Of a stretch of DNA of 64,000 bases, positions 27,295-37,708 are shown piece after piece. The notes beneath the pieces were generated by a model that was not told the origin of the DNA, searched no databases, and saw only the letters and a list, made by a program, of their open reading frames with translations. Position 1 is the stretch's first letter. The number at the start of each line of letters is the position of its first letter. This DNA is from Escherichia phage vB_EcoM_LNA1: sequence record MZ311863.1, one strand, 5' to 3'. The position numbers were made by a program, and so were the translations under genes.

Positions 27295-28395
27295 TTATTC
27301 ATAATCCCTAATAATTAGCCCTACAGGGAACTGTAAAGACCCCTTACGAGTCATCTTCTGGAACTGAACCGTTAAAGGTTTCCCGATAAACTCTTCAGGG
27401 TGTTCAGCAAGATACTGTTTCTTCTCGTGAGTAGTCTTCCATGAGACATCTACAAAGACGTTAGGAAGAGTCTCTACAACGAACTTGCCATGACCACGTT
27501 TATCGGTCTTTACACCAGTCACTTTAAACTCTTCAGTGTGCATCTTCTTGTGCTTAATCAAGAAGTATGAACGGTGACAACACTCATAGAAGGAGTCTTC
27601 AGAGATTGAACGGTACATTGCACCTTCAAACTTAGCTTCAACCCACTTATCATGAGCTTCATCAAACTCTTCCCAAGAATTTACACGGATAGTCTGTACA
27701 GGAACCACTCTACAGGTATCCCCAAGCTCAACAATAGGTGAACTATCAATAACTTCACGACGCTCAGGCCAAGATTTTGAATTGTCACAGATATCATACC
27801 AGTAGAATTTAAGAAGGTGACGGTCTGGATTGTCAGCATTCTTAATCATAGAGACAATATCTTCTAAGTCCCAACCATGAGCATAAATCTCACCATCAAA
27901 GTCTTCAACTTGTGGATGTAATTTAAGCAACAAAAGTAAGTCTGGGATTAGTTCTGCTGGAACGTTGTAAACAGTATTCTCACGAGAATAAGCCGTGAAA
28001 CTAACTGAATCATCATCTCTTGAAATCCTACAACGGACACCATCAAGTTTCGGTTGAGCATCAGCAGGGAACTTCAGATACTTTGCATGGCTAACCTTTG
28101 CAGCATCGTGAGCAAGCTGTACACCTACCTTCTCAGTATTCTGTGCAGACTCTTTTGTGTAAGCATAACCTTTGCGGTCAACTTGCTTTTTATACTTAGC
28201 AGCAACTTCAAAGAGAGCTTGCTGTTCAGCGTTACGCTCATTCTTTTTACCGATGTTTTTAGGCTCTGCTGTGTACTCTTCAAACATCATCTTGCCATTT
28301 TCTTTACCGTAGGTTGTAATAACTTTGTCACCTACAGCAACGCATGACCAAACGTTGAAGGAACCATCTTTATTTTGTTTGTACAGAATTGTCAT
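27295..28395 (-). CDS. ATP-dependent DNA ligase
   Basis: Motif I KxDG (PKLDGVRC) with adenylation lysine; 366 aa, T7 ligase-like size. Confidence 0.8.
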   Translation of the reverse strand: MTILYKQNKDGSFNVWSCVAVGDKVITTYGKENGKMMFEEYTAEPKNIGKKNERNAEQQALFEVAAKYKKQVDRKGYAYTKESAQNTEKVGVQLAHDAAKVSHAKYLKFPADAQPKLDGVRCRISRDDDSVSFTAYSRENTVYNVPAELIPDLLLLLKLHPQVEDFDGEIYAHGWDLEDIVSMIKNADNPDRHLLKFYWYDICDNSKSWPERREVIDSSPIVELGDTCRVVPVQTIRVNSWEEFDEAHDKWVEAKFEGAMYRSISEDSFYECCHRSYFLIKHKKMHTEEFKVTGVKTDKRGHGKFVVETLPNVFVDVSWKTTHEKKQYLAEHPEEFIGKPLTVQFQKMTRKGSLQFPVGLIIRDYE

Positions 28396-28649
28396 TTTCT
28401 CTTACCACCAATCTCTACGTCGATAACTTGAACATCGCCAGCAACATCAAACTTATGAATGATGCTTTCCACAGTGTAAGTCCAACCCTCAATGCGAACC
28501 AACTCACCTTCTCGTGGGACGATTGGATTACGTTGAGCTACGGTTGTAGTGGAGTGAACAACATCATAACAATAGATGTAGTTTACTAAGACTTCCATCG
28601 AGAAAACCTCACTCAATAACCGTAGTGTGTGATTGTCCATTTTTGCCAT
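28392..28649 (-). CDS. hypothetical protein
   Basis: 85-aa ORF coupled to ligase start. Confidence 0.3.
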   Translation of the reverse strand: MAKMDNHTLRLLSEVFSMEVLVNYIYCYDVVHSTTTVAQRNPIVPREGELVRIEGWTYTVESIIHKFDVAGDVQVIDVEIGGKRK

Positions 28650-28866
28650 AGTTGTAAGATGTTGTTGTTTGAGAATTTGGACATCTTACAACAACAATAT
28701 CTCTGCTTATAGCATCACCATTGAGTTTGTAGATTTTGCAGTCTTGCATCTCTGGAGGGAGGCTGTAAGAAGCATCTTTGTTTTCATAAGATGGGTTGCA
28801 TCCAGCCAGAAAAATTACTCCAAGTGCAACCATTGCTTTCACACAAATCTTAACCTTATTGTTCAC
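28609..28866 (-). CDS. putative lipoprotein
   Basis: Signal peptide with lipobox LAGC (MNNKVKICVKAMVALGVIFLAGCNP); 85 aa, 4 Cys. Confidence 0.4.
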   Translation of the reverse strand: MNNKVKICVKAMVALGVIFLAGCNPSYENKDASYSLPPEMQDCKIYKLNGDAISRDIVVVRCPNSQTTTSYNYGKNGQSHTTVIE

Positions 28867-28998
28867 GATAGTCTACCTCTCTGTATGTTTTTAAATAGTG
28901 AGTGATGAGTTCTGGTAATTCACTACGTTTAACGTTTGAACGAAGAAGTGTCCAGTCAAAACCTTTACCAACCCTTCCCCAGAGACTGTACAGTTTCT

Positions 28999-29232
28999 TC
29001 ATATCAACTCCAGAATATCAATACGTTCACCCTTAAGGACTCCTGTACGGTCTCTTGCAATCTTACCGTCAACGATAAGGATATGCGCGACCTTTAAAGC
29101 CTCACGATTAAAACCTTTTAAGAACTTGCTAGGCATCACGACAATGGACATCTCCTGAATCAACTCTGGAGTATAGCAATTGTCATGAAGTTGCTGAATA
29201 ACGTCTGCAAGTGTCATTTTTGGTGTCTCCAA
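28999..29232 (-). CDS. hypothetical protein
   Basis: 77-aa ORF. Confidence 0.3.
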   Translation of the reverse strand: METPKMTLADVIQQLHDNCYTPELIQEMSIVVMPSKFLKGFNREALKVAHILIVDGKIARDRTGVLKGERIDILELI

Positions 29233-29423
29233 TACTCAATGTCAATAAGTTCTTGTGCAATGCTTTTCAGATTACCTTTCAAGAAAACCTTCTCAGAACC
29301 TGAAAGAGATGAATTGTCAATTAACCTGTTCATTCTCTCAAACAACTTATGCTTACGGTTCTTGATAGTTTCCTTTGAAGCACCTTTCATCATCGCTGCA
29401 TGGGTTCTTCCACGGTGGCTCAT
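29214..29423 (-). CDS. hypothetical protein
   Basis: 69-aa basic ORF. Confidence 0.3.
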   Translation of the reverse strand: MSHRGRTHAAMMKGASKETIKNRKHKLFERMNRLIDNSSLSGSEKVFLKGNLKSIAQELIDIEYWRHQK

Positions 29424-29474
29424 AAGCCCTCCTATACAAGATATAGTATAAGGTACTCTTCCCTGAGCACCTTG

Positions 29475-30026
29475 TCAACTTAGTTTTGCAAACTCTCCGT
29501 GGAGTTTAATAGCAGCTTCACAGTAAGCTTTATGGGCTTCTTCAGGGGTGTCAAACATACCAAGATGATAGTTTTTACCTTGTAAACGTATCATTGCTCG
29601 AAACCTTTTACTTATCTTCTGTACACCTTTTGGCAACCCAGATGGGGACTCTCTTGACCGATTGCAAGAGTTTTGTGAAGCTGTACAAACCCTTAAATTC
29701 AAGTACCTGTTGTCCCAACCGTCCCCATTCTTATGGTCAACCTGTAAGGTTTTATCAGGTAGATATCCATCCATATACAAGATAACTAAACGATTTGCTT
29801 GGTAACCCCTTCCATCAATCAGCAACTGAACTGACTTGTGTCCATCAGTATTTGTTCTGTAGTTTCCAGCCCTCTTACCTCCAAATCTAGAGTTAAAGTT
29901 TGCATTACCTTCTCTAAACTTCCAAGTAAAGACCCCTGTTTCGGGGTCGTAGTCCAATAGCTCCTTAAGACGAATTTCTGTAATCATTTCAACACCATCA
30001 ATGTACCTCATACCAGCTCTTACCAA
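29475..30026 (-). CDS. HNH homing endonuclease with AP2-like DNA-binding domain (free-standing)
   Basis: HNH motif LQVDHKNGDGWDNRYLNLRVCTASQN; C-terminal AP2-like GKNYHLGMFDTPEEAHKAY; start overlaps the 3' end of DNA polymerase exon 2. Confidence 0.7.
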   Translation of the reverse strand: MVRAGMRYIDGVEMITEIRLKELLDYDPETGVFTWKFREGNANFNSRFGGKRAGNYRTNTDGHKSVQLLIDGRGYQANRLVILYMDGYLPDKTLQVDHKNGDGWDNRYLNLRVCTASQNSCNRSRESPSGLPKGVQKISKRFRAMIRLQGKNYHLGMFDTPEEAHKAYCEAAIKLHGEFAKLS

Positions 30027-30554
30027 CCTTTGCTGTACCAGTTACAAGTGTTTCTTTCCTCAAACCTAAGTTTTTTGAAGCTTGTCCATACATCCAGTCA
30101 GCAATTGCTTTCATATCCTGTGTCATACCCTCTGGACATTCCCAACTATTTTCATCGTGATATGCCAGAAGTAACCTTGCTCCGATAGCTGGTTTTCGAG
30201 CATTCAGTTTTGTCAGGCCATCTTCACAGGCTTTTCTTGCTGCTAGGTTGATGGCCTCATTCTGAATCTGTGCTTCCGAACTCATCAGGAGGTAGTTCAG
30301 GAGTTTATGTGGAGATTTGCACCATATCCATGCTCCAGCGACCCTGATATAACCACCTTTAGCAATTGAAGAATTCTTCCCAAAAACCTCTTCCAGAGCC
30401 TTTTTAGACGCCTTAAAATCGGCTTCTAAGCTGTCAAGTAACTTCTTAATCTTCGGTAGACGCATATAGTAAGTCTGCTTAGTCAATGCACCTTCTTCTG
30501 TAGATGATGCCTTGATAGTTTTTGCAAACTTCTCATCACCTGCACCGAACAATA
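29998..30554 (-). CDS. DNA polymerase (family A), exon 2
   Basis: Encodes remainder of motif B (LFGAGDEK) and motif C (LAYHDE); reading frame opens just after a stop; joins exon 1 in frame when intron 30555..30822 is removed. Confidence 0.75.
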
Positions 30555-30822
30555 CATCTGGTCAATACACTCGCAAGGTGTACCAGTTCTCTTATGAACT
30601 TCTCCGCATTTCTACGGAGTGTCGGACTATATCACGTAGTAGTAATACTACCGTTGCACTTGGGAATGGTCATTAGCTTACCACCCTACTCTACTCAGTT
30701 CATACATTAAGTATGCTTTTCGATAGTCTCTGAACGTTCCTCTCAAGAGGCTTCGCTGCTGATTACCGTATCTTCTCAGACTTAGGCTTCCAGCAATTCA
30801 CAACGTTTTACATGCGCCACTG
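30555..30822 (-). ncRNA. group I self-splicing intron (ORF-less, 268 nt) in DNA polymerase gene
   Basis: Exon 1 ends in U; P1 pairs exon ATGCGU with intron GCGCAT (U.G at splice site); P/Q/R/S-like elements AATTGCTGGAA, AATCAGCAGCG, GTTCAGAGACTATCG, GATATAGTCC; terminal G before exon 2. Confidence 0.7.
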
Positions 30823-32965
30823 ACGCATAAATGCCATTTTTGGCTTTCTTACGACCTTTTGTAATCTCGTGAAGAAGTTCCTCGTCCTGTGTCCCCCTAC
30901 AACGAACAATATCTTCTTCCTTGTTCAGACCAAAGTAAATACTGTTCAGTGTGTGTGCATCAGTACCTGTGTAGACTTCGTAGAGGTCATTCTCAGCATC
31001 ATAACGAAGATACTTATCAGTTTCTGGATTGAGGTACTTATCAAGATGCTTGCAATAGTATCTCCCATCATCTTGCTTAGTAAATTCTACAAACTCTTTA
31101 CCTTCAGTTACCGCTTTGGTGAAGTCTTTATCACCCATAAAGTTACACAGTAAAACAAGCTGTGCAGAGTTCTGGTCAACAGAAACAATGTTAGTACCCT
31201 CTTCACAAATCCACACTTCCCTCATAGGTGCTCCATAGACAGCAGCACCAGATGGTACGTTTACAATACCATATTGTGTCATACGTCCAGTTGAAGTACC
31301 AAATACCATTGCACCAGCACTAAGGCGACCATCGGGACGAATCTGGTTCAACCAACCTTTTTCATCATCCTTTGAGTTCTCAATAGTTCTGCGTCGGTGC
31401 ATCAAAGTATAGTACTTAGCAATCTTCTGTCCAAGCTCACCTTCAATCGTATCATAAGATGATTCAGTAAGCTTTGGTGAAGTACGGATTAAGCAAGGCT
31501 CAAGCAAATCTGTGTATTTCTTCACAGACCAGTTATGCTCAATGTACTGTACACCTTCATGTTCAACATAGCTCAAACCACACCGCTCAACCATTTCCTG
31601 CCACTTAGGATGTTTTGTAATCATCTTTTTATTGTCTTTGAAACGACAAACTTTGACAGGGCGACCATCTGAGTCTTTCTTGTAGTTCCAGTCATCTGGA
31701 ATCCAACCAACTGATTTCAAGTAATCTTTAACAACTGCTACCTGAGTCATACGAGAAACTTCGAACTCAATTGGTGTATAAGGTGCATCAATCAAACCTG
31801 TGTAGCGACTTGACTCAAGCTCAAAGTGATTAACAACATGGCTGTTATAGTACTTCACAGTTTTAACTGTTTTTACTGGCTTCCAGTCTTTGCATTTCTT
31901 ACCAATCTTTGCATTCAACTCATTACAAATTGCACGAGCATCCTTCATTGCTACAAAACCTTCCTTGTACTCTTCACCAGTTACAGAGTTGGTTGGTGTA
32001 TAGCAATTTCTCTTTTCAATGTTAAAAATCTTTGTAGTTGGCTTACCAAATGGTTTGATTTCATAAGTCTGCATCTCACCATTACGTACCTGCTGACGAT
32101 ACTTTGTCTTAGGATACTTGGTAATTCTCTTCAGTCCATCTGCATGACCAAATGTTTCAACATACTCATTCCAAGCTTTTGCAAACTCTTCTCCAGTGAC
32201 TTTACCTTTAGTCTTAATAGTTGGAGGAAGATGTGGTTCAACTTCTGAAGCAAGCTCATTAGTCAACTTGTCAAGTTCCTTTACATGGAACTCCATAAGC
32301 TCTTTATCAGCTTTCCAACCATTGATAGCCTGTTGACTCATCCAGAAAGATGTTTCTTTAGCTCGCATGTAGGTTTCATAAGTATCTACGCCACACTTCT
32401 TTAGCTTGAGATATTCATTATCCAGTGCGCGTTTAGTTTTGGCGTTAATACGGATATCTTCCACAACACGAGTGAAGATTTCTGCATTCCACACACCCCA
32501 ATGTTCAATCTCTGGTTTACGTACACCAACACGAGCACCCCATGCAGCCAAGCCATGAGCACCTTTATAACCTTTTGGAGTTGGTCTATCCATCCACTGA
32601 ACACGGGACTGGATAAGAGAATCCTGAAAGAAATTACTCCACGGTTTACACTTTGGATTATCAAAGTTCCATAAATCCGGTGCAATGTGATTGAAAACCC
32701 ACCAGTCATAACCGAGACCGTTATGGATACAAAGACGTTTTGCCTTTAACGCAAACTCAACACCTTCACGTAAGCCACCCTTAATGTACTTAGTGTACTT
32801 GTGACCGAGGATAGGCTCATCTGTAAAGACCCATACAGGTGGCTCTTCATCGTCAGATTTATAGTCTGCAAAGGCCATTACGTGAACTTTAGTGAACTCA
32901 AGGAGTAAACCATCAGTTTCTGTATCACCAACCAAATGTAAGTTTTTAAAATCTACGTTTTCCAT
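30823..32965 (-). CDS. DNA polymerase (family A, T7 gp5-like), exon 1
   Basis: 3'-5' exonuclease motif DTETDG near N-terminus; motif B start RKKAKNGIYA interrupted; the ORF-track stop at 30782 lies inside the intron. Confidence 0.8.
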
Positions 32966-33223
32966 TTTTTACTCCCTCTAAAACCATTAACCTCATACAC
33001 TACTGCAAAAAATTATAAAAAGCAAGTTGACAATGCACTTGACAAGGTGTTAATCTTTGCGAAGTGGGTTTTTACTTAAAAGGTTACTTAACAGTTTAAC
33101 TATACAGATACTTTAAAACTCTTAAAAGATTATTTAATAGCTTTTAAAAAGCTTTAAAGTATAACGTATAGAATACGTTAAGATAAAAGATTAAAACTTA
33201 ATAGTTACTTAAAAGAGGCTTAC

Positions 33224-33646
33224 ATGCAGAAAATGTTTGTTCACCCAGACATAGCTGACTTTGTTAGAGCTTTGCAGAAGTTGGAAGAACTTGACATTGC
33301 TGCTCAACGGGAATATGCTCACCATCACAGGAGAATGGTTGATATACAACATGAAATAGAGTTGTCTGAAAACTATGAAGATGACTTAAAATGCTCTGTA
33401 TTTGAGCATATGAAAGATGTTGCTACAGCTAGACGTAAAGCTAAAGACACAGTTGCTTTACTAGATTCTCTTAAAAAGAGGTTGCAAAGTGGTACAGACC
33501 TGTGTAATCTAGCGTCACTGATTAATGATGTTGAAACTTCTTGGGATAGACATTACTATCCACGTTCTGAAAAGACACTTGACTTTTCTTCATCCGAAAA
33601 CTTAAAATGTTCTAGAAAGAAACTTAACCAACTGAGAGAGAAATAA
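33224..33646 (+). CDS. hypothetical protein
   Basis: 140-aa ORF, first gene after AT-rich divergent intergenic region. Confidence 0.35.
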   Translation: MQKMFVHPDIADFVRALQKLEELDIAAQREYAHHHRRMVDIQHEIELSENYEDDLKCSVFEHMKDVATARRKAKDTVALLDSLKKRLQSGTDLCNLASLINDVETSWDRHYYPRSEKTLDFSSSENLKCSRKKLNQLREK

Positions 33647-33647
33647 T

Positions 33648-34460
33648 ATGAATACTACTGTAGACCAGATGCTTGAAGAAAAAGGTATTGACGAAGCTTT
33701 CTTAATCAATGCCGTAGAAAGCATGGCTATGATTCTTCGTGGAAACAACTACACAGAACAGTTTATGCCTGCAAGCTATAACCTGCCTAAAGACAAGTCT
33801 GATAACGGTGCTTTTGCAGAACAGGTTAATATGATGCTGTGTGACAAAAAACTTGCTTTAGCATCTATTGTTGTAGGTGTTGATGCTCTTGCAGAGTTCA
33901 TTTTTTATGAGATGCAGAAAAATGACTATATTGCCATGACCTCTGAAGAAAAAGACTCGCTATTGCTCTTAGATAATAATGAGCTAGTTGACCTGTTAAT
34001 TTCGTCAACGAGTGCTGTTATGGCTGCTCTTGAGAAGCGCATGGAAGAGAAGCTGTCACGATATGAAAAACTTGATTGGGGTGTAGAAGAGTTAAGCCCA
34101 CGAATCAAAGAGATTATCCAGCAAACCAAAGACTCTTTAGCAGAAGCTGTGAAAGATGATTCTGTAGCTGATGTAGAACCACTACAGGTGAAGGTTGCTC
34201 TGATGATTCCAGCTATCTCTACGATGATGAATATCGTTGCACTAATCCAGCTTTCACAGATGATGGGTGCAAGCATTGAGTTCATTGAGAGCATGACTGG
34301 TGGTGTGAGTATGCAAGCAATCAATGATGTTTTGGTAAGCATCGGTGCTTCAATCATTGAAGAGAAGCTGCGCACTAACTTTGGTGATGATTTTGTGAAG
34401 CAAATCTCAGCTATGGCTGAAAAAGAACACTCACAGATTACCAGTGACCAACTGCACTAA
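33648..34460 (+). CDS. hypothetical protein
   Basis: 270-aa ORF. Confidence 0.35.
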   Translation: MNTTVDQMLEEKGIDEAFLINAVESMAMILRGNNYTEQFMPASYNLPKDKSDNGAFAEQVNMMLCDKKLALASIVVGVDALAEFIFYEMQKNDYIAMTSEEKDSLLLLDNNELVDLLISSTSAVMAALEKRMEEKLSRYEKLDWGVEELSPRIKEIIQQTKDSLAEAVKDDSVADVEPLQVKVALMIPAISTMMNIVALIQLSQMMGASIEFIESMTGGVSMQAINDVLVSIGASIIEEKLRTNFGDDFVKQISAMAEKEHSQITSDQLH

Positions 34461-34477
34461 GTCTTTATAAATCTTAC

Positions 34478-34502
34478 AAGCCTCCTTAGTTGGGGGCTTT
34501 TT
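34478..34502 (+). terminator. rho-independent terminator
   Basis: AAGCCTCC / GGGGGCTT stem with one U.G, then T-run. Confidence 0.55.
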
Positions 34503-34521
34503 AGTAATTAAGGGAGATAAA

Positions 34522-35265
34522 ATGAGTAGTATTATCGCATTTACTGGAAAGGCACGTTCTGGAAAAGATACCTCATGTTCTATTGTGAAGAACATCTTAG
34601 AGGATGAATACGGCTATAATGTTGAAGTAATGGCCTTTGCAGACAACCTTAAGCTATCTGCATCAAAGATATTTGACCTGACTTGGAATGACCTGTATGG
34701 TGAAACTAAAGAGACTTCACAGGTTTTTGACTTATCATATCCTGAACTGATGTTCAAAGTCACAGAAGCTATGGAGTTTACGTTCAAAGATGAACGTTAC
34801 CATATGGATTTTAAACTTATGTCAGAACTAACCGGACGATTAATCATGGAGCTTAAGAAGGTTGCTAAACCGACTCTATTGACACGTCTAGGGTTTAGTA
34901 AAAAGTATAAATTCTCATCAAGACAAATTCAACAGATTTGGGGCACTGAAGTAATCCGTAAAGTTATGGGTGACAAATTCTGGGCTAAAGACCTTGAAAA
35001 ACGAATGGCTCGCTTCTTTGAATCTTGTTCACTTATGAATCAAGAGGGTGTTGTTTTAATCAGTGACTTAAGGTTTGACTCTGAAGCTGAGTGGTTGAGC
35101 AGATTTGCACACCAAATTATTGAAGTAAAAAGAGACAATGTGGATAAGGTTTCATCACATGTTTCAGAAAATGGAATTTCTACCAAATATGCGCGTGACA
35201 TTATCCATAATAATGGTACTCTTGAAGACCTTGAAAGCAAGCTAAGAGCTATCCTGAAGATTTAA
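34522..35265 (+). CDS. deoxynucleoside monophosphate kinase-like protein
   Basis: N-terminal P-loop IIAFTGKARSGKDT resembles T4 gp1 dNMP kinase (GVKRSGKDT). Confidence 0.55.
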   Translation: MSSIIAFTGKARSGKDTSCSIVKNILEDEYGYNVEVMAFADNLKLSASKIFDLTWNDLYGETKETSQVFDLSYPELMFKVTEAMEFTFKDERYHMDFKLMSELTGRLIMELKKVAKPTLLTRLGFSKKYKFSSRQIQQIWGTEVIRKVMGDKFWAKDLEKRMARFFESCSLMNQEGVVLISDLRFDSEAEWLSRFAHQIIEVKRDNVDKVSSHVSENGISTKYARDIIHNNGTLEDLESKLRAILKI

Positions 35266-35273
35266 AAGAGAGA

Positions 35274-35474
35274 ATGAAGATGAGAGTAAAAGACAATTTT
35301 AAAGTTATTGACCACCGTTTAGTGGAACTCTCATCTCTTTCCAATGAGGTAATGATTGAACGTCTTAAGAGAGTTGAATCACGAAGGAAAGAGATTGCAG
35401 ATGAAATTCATGAACTGGACAAGATTGAAAATGGATTGAAGGCAGAACTACAACGAAGAGGTGCTAATGTCTAA
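35274..35474 (+). CDS. hypothetical coiled-coil protein
   Basis: 66-aa ORF. Confidence 0.3.
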   Translation: MKMRVKDNFKVIDHRLVELSSLSNEVMIERLKRVESRRKEIADEIHELDKIENGLKAELQRRGANV

Positions 35475-37452
35475 AGGTCGTAAATTGAAAGAGGCTGGTC
35501 AGTTTATTGGTCATTGTGCATGTCCACGTTGTGGTTCATCAGATGCTGGTTCAATCTACCACCATGACGATGATTCTTATTCGATGACTTGCTTTAGCTG
35601 TAACAAAGGTTTCCCAGAGTGGGATTTTGATAAAGGACAAATCGTGAGCACTTATTCTACTGGTTCAGATAATAAAAACCGTACTTTCCGTGGGATGGAT
35701 TTAGATGATGTAAAAGAAAACCTAGAAGCAATGGACTTGAAAGACAGGAAGATTCCTGCAAAAGTTCTTGAACGCTTAGGTATCAAGGTTGACATTGATA
35801 GTGATGGTGAAATTGATGCACATTTCTATCCAACTTACAAACGTAATGAAGATGGCAAGCTAGAACATGTTGGCTACCGTGTTCGTCACCGTTACCCAGA
35901 AGACCATCCAAAAGAACACCTACGTGGTAAGCTAAAAGACTTTTCAGGTGGTGTTGGAGATATTAAAGGTGAACTGGCAATGTTCGGTTCATGGATTGCT
36001 CCAGAAGGTGGTAACCGTCTATTCATCTGGGAAGGTGAGATGGAATGCGCTACAGCAATCTACATGACTTCTCTGGCAATTAAAGATAAGTCTCGTCGTA
36101 AGAATTACTGTCACGTATCTGTTCCATCAGGTGCAAACATTAAGTCTATCAAAGACAACTATCAGTACATCACATCATTTGATGAGATTTACTTGTGCTT
36201 TGATAACGATGAAGCAGGTGCTAAAGCTACCAAAGAGGCTGCTGGTATCCTTCCTATTGAGAAGGTTCGCTTATTCCAGTACCCAGAGGGTGTAAAAGAC
36301 CTTAACGAATGGTGGACAAAGTTCTATAAAGAGAAAGATACAGTTCTGGAAGGATTTAAGCAGCGTATCTACAACGCACCTCGTTACTGTCCTGCTGGTA
36401 TCAAGAACTTTGCAGATGGTTTTGAGGCAATGAAGAATCGTGGTCAGATTCCATTGATTCCTTTCCCAGAATCTTTCGGAGACTTGAACAGGCTAACTTA
36501 CGGTGGTTACGGTTTAGGTGAGATTACGACTATTGCAGCACCATCTTCAGTAGGTAAGTCAGCTTACACCCGTGAGATGATTTATTCAGCTTGGAAAGAA
36601 ACTGATTATAATATCGGTGTAATTCCTGTAGAAGATACCTATGAAGAGTTGATGGAGATGCTCTGTGCAATCCACCTAAGCAAGCAGATTTCCGAGATTC
36701 CTTATGATGAACGAGATTGGGATGAATTAAAGGGAGCACACGCCGAGCTTTCAAAAGGTCGTCGCATTCATATCGTTGACCATCAAGGGGCAATTGACCA
36801 AGATAACCTGCTGGAGTTTGTTGACTATCTTGTTAATAGTTTAGACTGTAAGATTATCATTCTTGACCCTATTACGTTGGCTCTGTCACGTTCAGATACG
36901 GATGAAGAGGAAGTTTTATCTGAGCTATTGCGTCGTTGCAAACGCTACCAGTATGCACAGGTGAACGTCTGTCACGTTCGTAAGAGTGCAGGTGGTCAGA
37001 AGGCTAACTCCGAAGGTGGAGATATCTCTGAAGAGGATATTAAAGGTTCTGGTGCGTATTTCCAGATTTCTATGAACAACATTCTGTTAATGCGTAACAA
37101 GGTTGACCCAGACCCTGTTAAGAAAAACTTGACAAAAATCAAGTTAACTAAATGCCGTCGTCACGGTAAGTCAACAGGTATTGCTGGTCATACTTGGTAC
37201 AATCCAGATACAGGGCGTCTCATTAAAGCCTCTGGTTGTGGAGTTGACATTGATGGTGCAGCAGAAAATATTCGCCAACAGTTTGGTATTGGTGAAGCTG
37301 AAGACCATTACGATGACTCTTTGCCACATTATGAGGATGAAGTGTTTGACCGTGAGACTGGTGAAGTCTATACTGAAGAGCAGCGTCAAAGCTCAACGAT
37401 TCCACCTGTATTAAGTGAGGATGCAGATGACTGCCCGTTCGAAACTGAGTGA
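35461..37452 (+). CDS. DNA primase-helicase (T7 gp4-like)
   Basis: N-terminal Cys4 zinc ribbon (CACPRCG ... CFSCNKG), central TOPRIM-like region, C-terminal DnaB-like Walker A (APSSVGKSAYT). Confidence 0.8.
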   Translation: MLMSKGRKLKEAGQFIGHCACPRCGSSDAGSIYHHDDDSYSMTCFSCNKGFPEWDFDKGQIVSTYSTGSDNKNRTFRGMDLDDVKENLEAMDLKDRKIPAKVLERLGIKVDIDSDGEIDAHFYPTYKRNEDGKLEHVGYRVRHRYPEDHPKEHLRGKLKDFSGGVGDIKGELAMFGSWIAPEGGNRLFIWEGEMECATAIYMTSLAIKDKSRRKNYCHVSVPSGANIKSIKDNYQYITSFDEIYLCFDNDEAGAKATKEAAGILPIEKVRLFQYPEGVKDLNEWWTKFYKEKDTVLEGFKQRIYNAPRYCPAGIKNFADGFEAMKNRGQIPLIPFPESFGDLNRLTYGGYGLGEITTIAAPSSVGKSAYTREMIYSAWKETDYNIGVIPVEDTYEELMEMLCAIHLSKQISEIPYDERDWDELKGAHAELSKGRRIHIVDHQGAIDQDNLLEFVDYLVNSLDCKIIILDPITLALSRSDTDEEEVLSELLRRCKRYQYAQVNVCHVRKSAGGQKANSEGGDISEEDIKGSGAYFQISMNNILLMRNKVDPDPVKKNLTKIKLTKCRRHGKSTGIAGHTWYNPDTGRLIKASGCGVDIDGAAENIRQQFGIGEAEDHYDDSLPHYEDEVFDRETGEVYTEEQRQSSTIPPVLSEDADDCPFETE

Positions 37453-37708
37453 TAGCTATAAAAGAGAGGGGTTCACACCCTTATTTGAAGAAAAAAGTTT
37501 AAATAAATTTCATGAAGAGTGTTTGACAAAGATTGATAGGTTCTATAGAATGCTCCACATGAAATGCGATGGAGAAGTTGAAATAGAACAGCAGTTCCAT
37601 CAAAGTATGATTACAGTCATCATTACACTGCCTCAGCATAATATTGGTTGGCTGTTTATAATGAAAGAAAATGTGTTTGAATATCAAGTATATCGGAGAA
37701 TATCATGA
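37415..37708 (+). CDS. hypothetical protein (uncertain)
   Basis: 97-aa ORF overlapping 3' end of primase-helicase gene; may be spurious. Confidence 0.2.
   Translation: MRMQMTARSKLSDSYKREGFTPLFEEKSLNKFHEECLTKIDRFYRMLHMKCDGEVEIEQQFHQSMITVIITLPQHNIGWLFIMKENVFEYQVYRRIS

Noticed and set aside
30555-30822. Intein or pseudogene explanation for the split DNA polymerase (and likewise for nrdD)
   Set aside because: The intervening sequences contain stop codons in the gene frame and carry group I intron core elements with correct U/G splice-site nucleotides; exon frames rejoin exactly. No intein splice-junction motifs are apparent.
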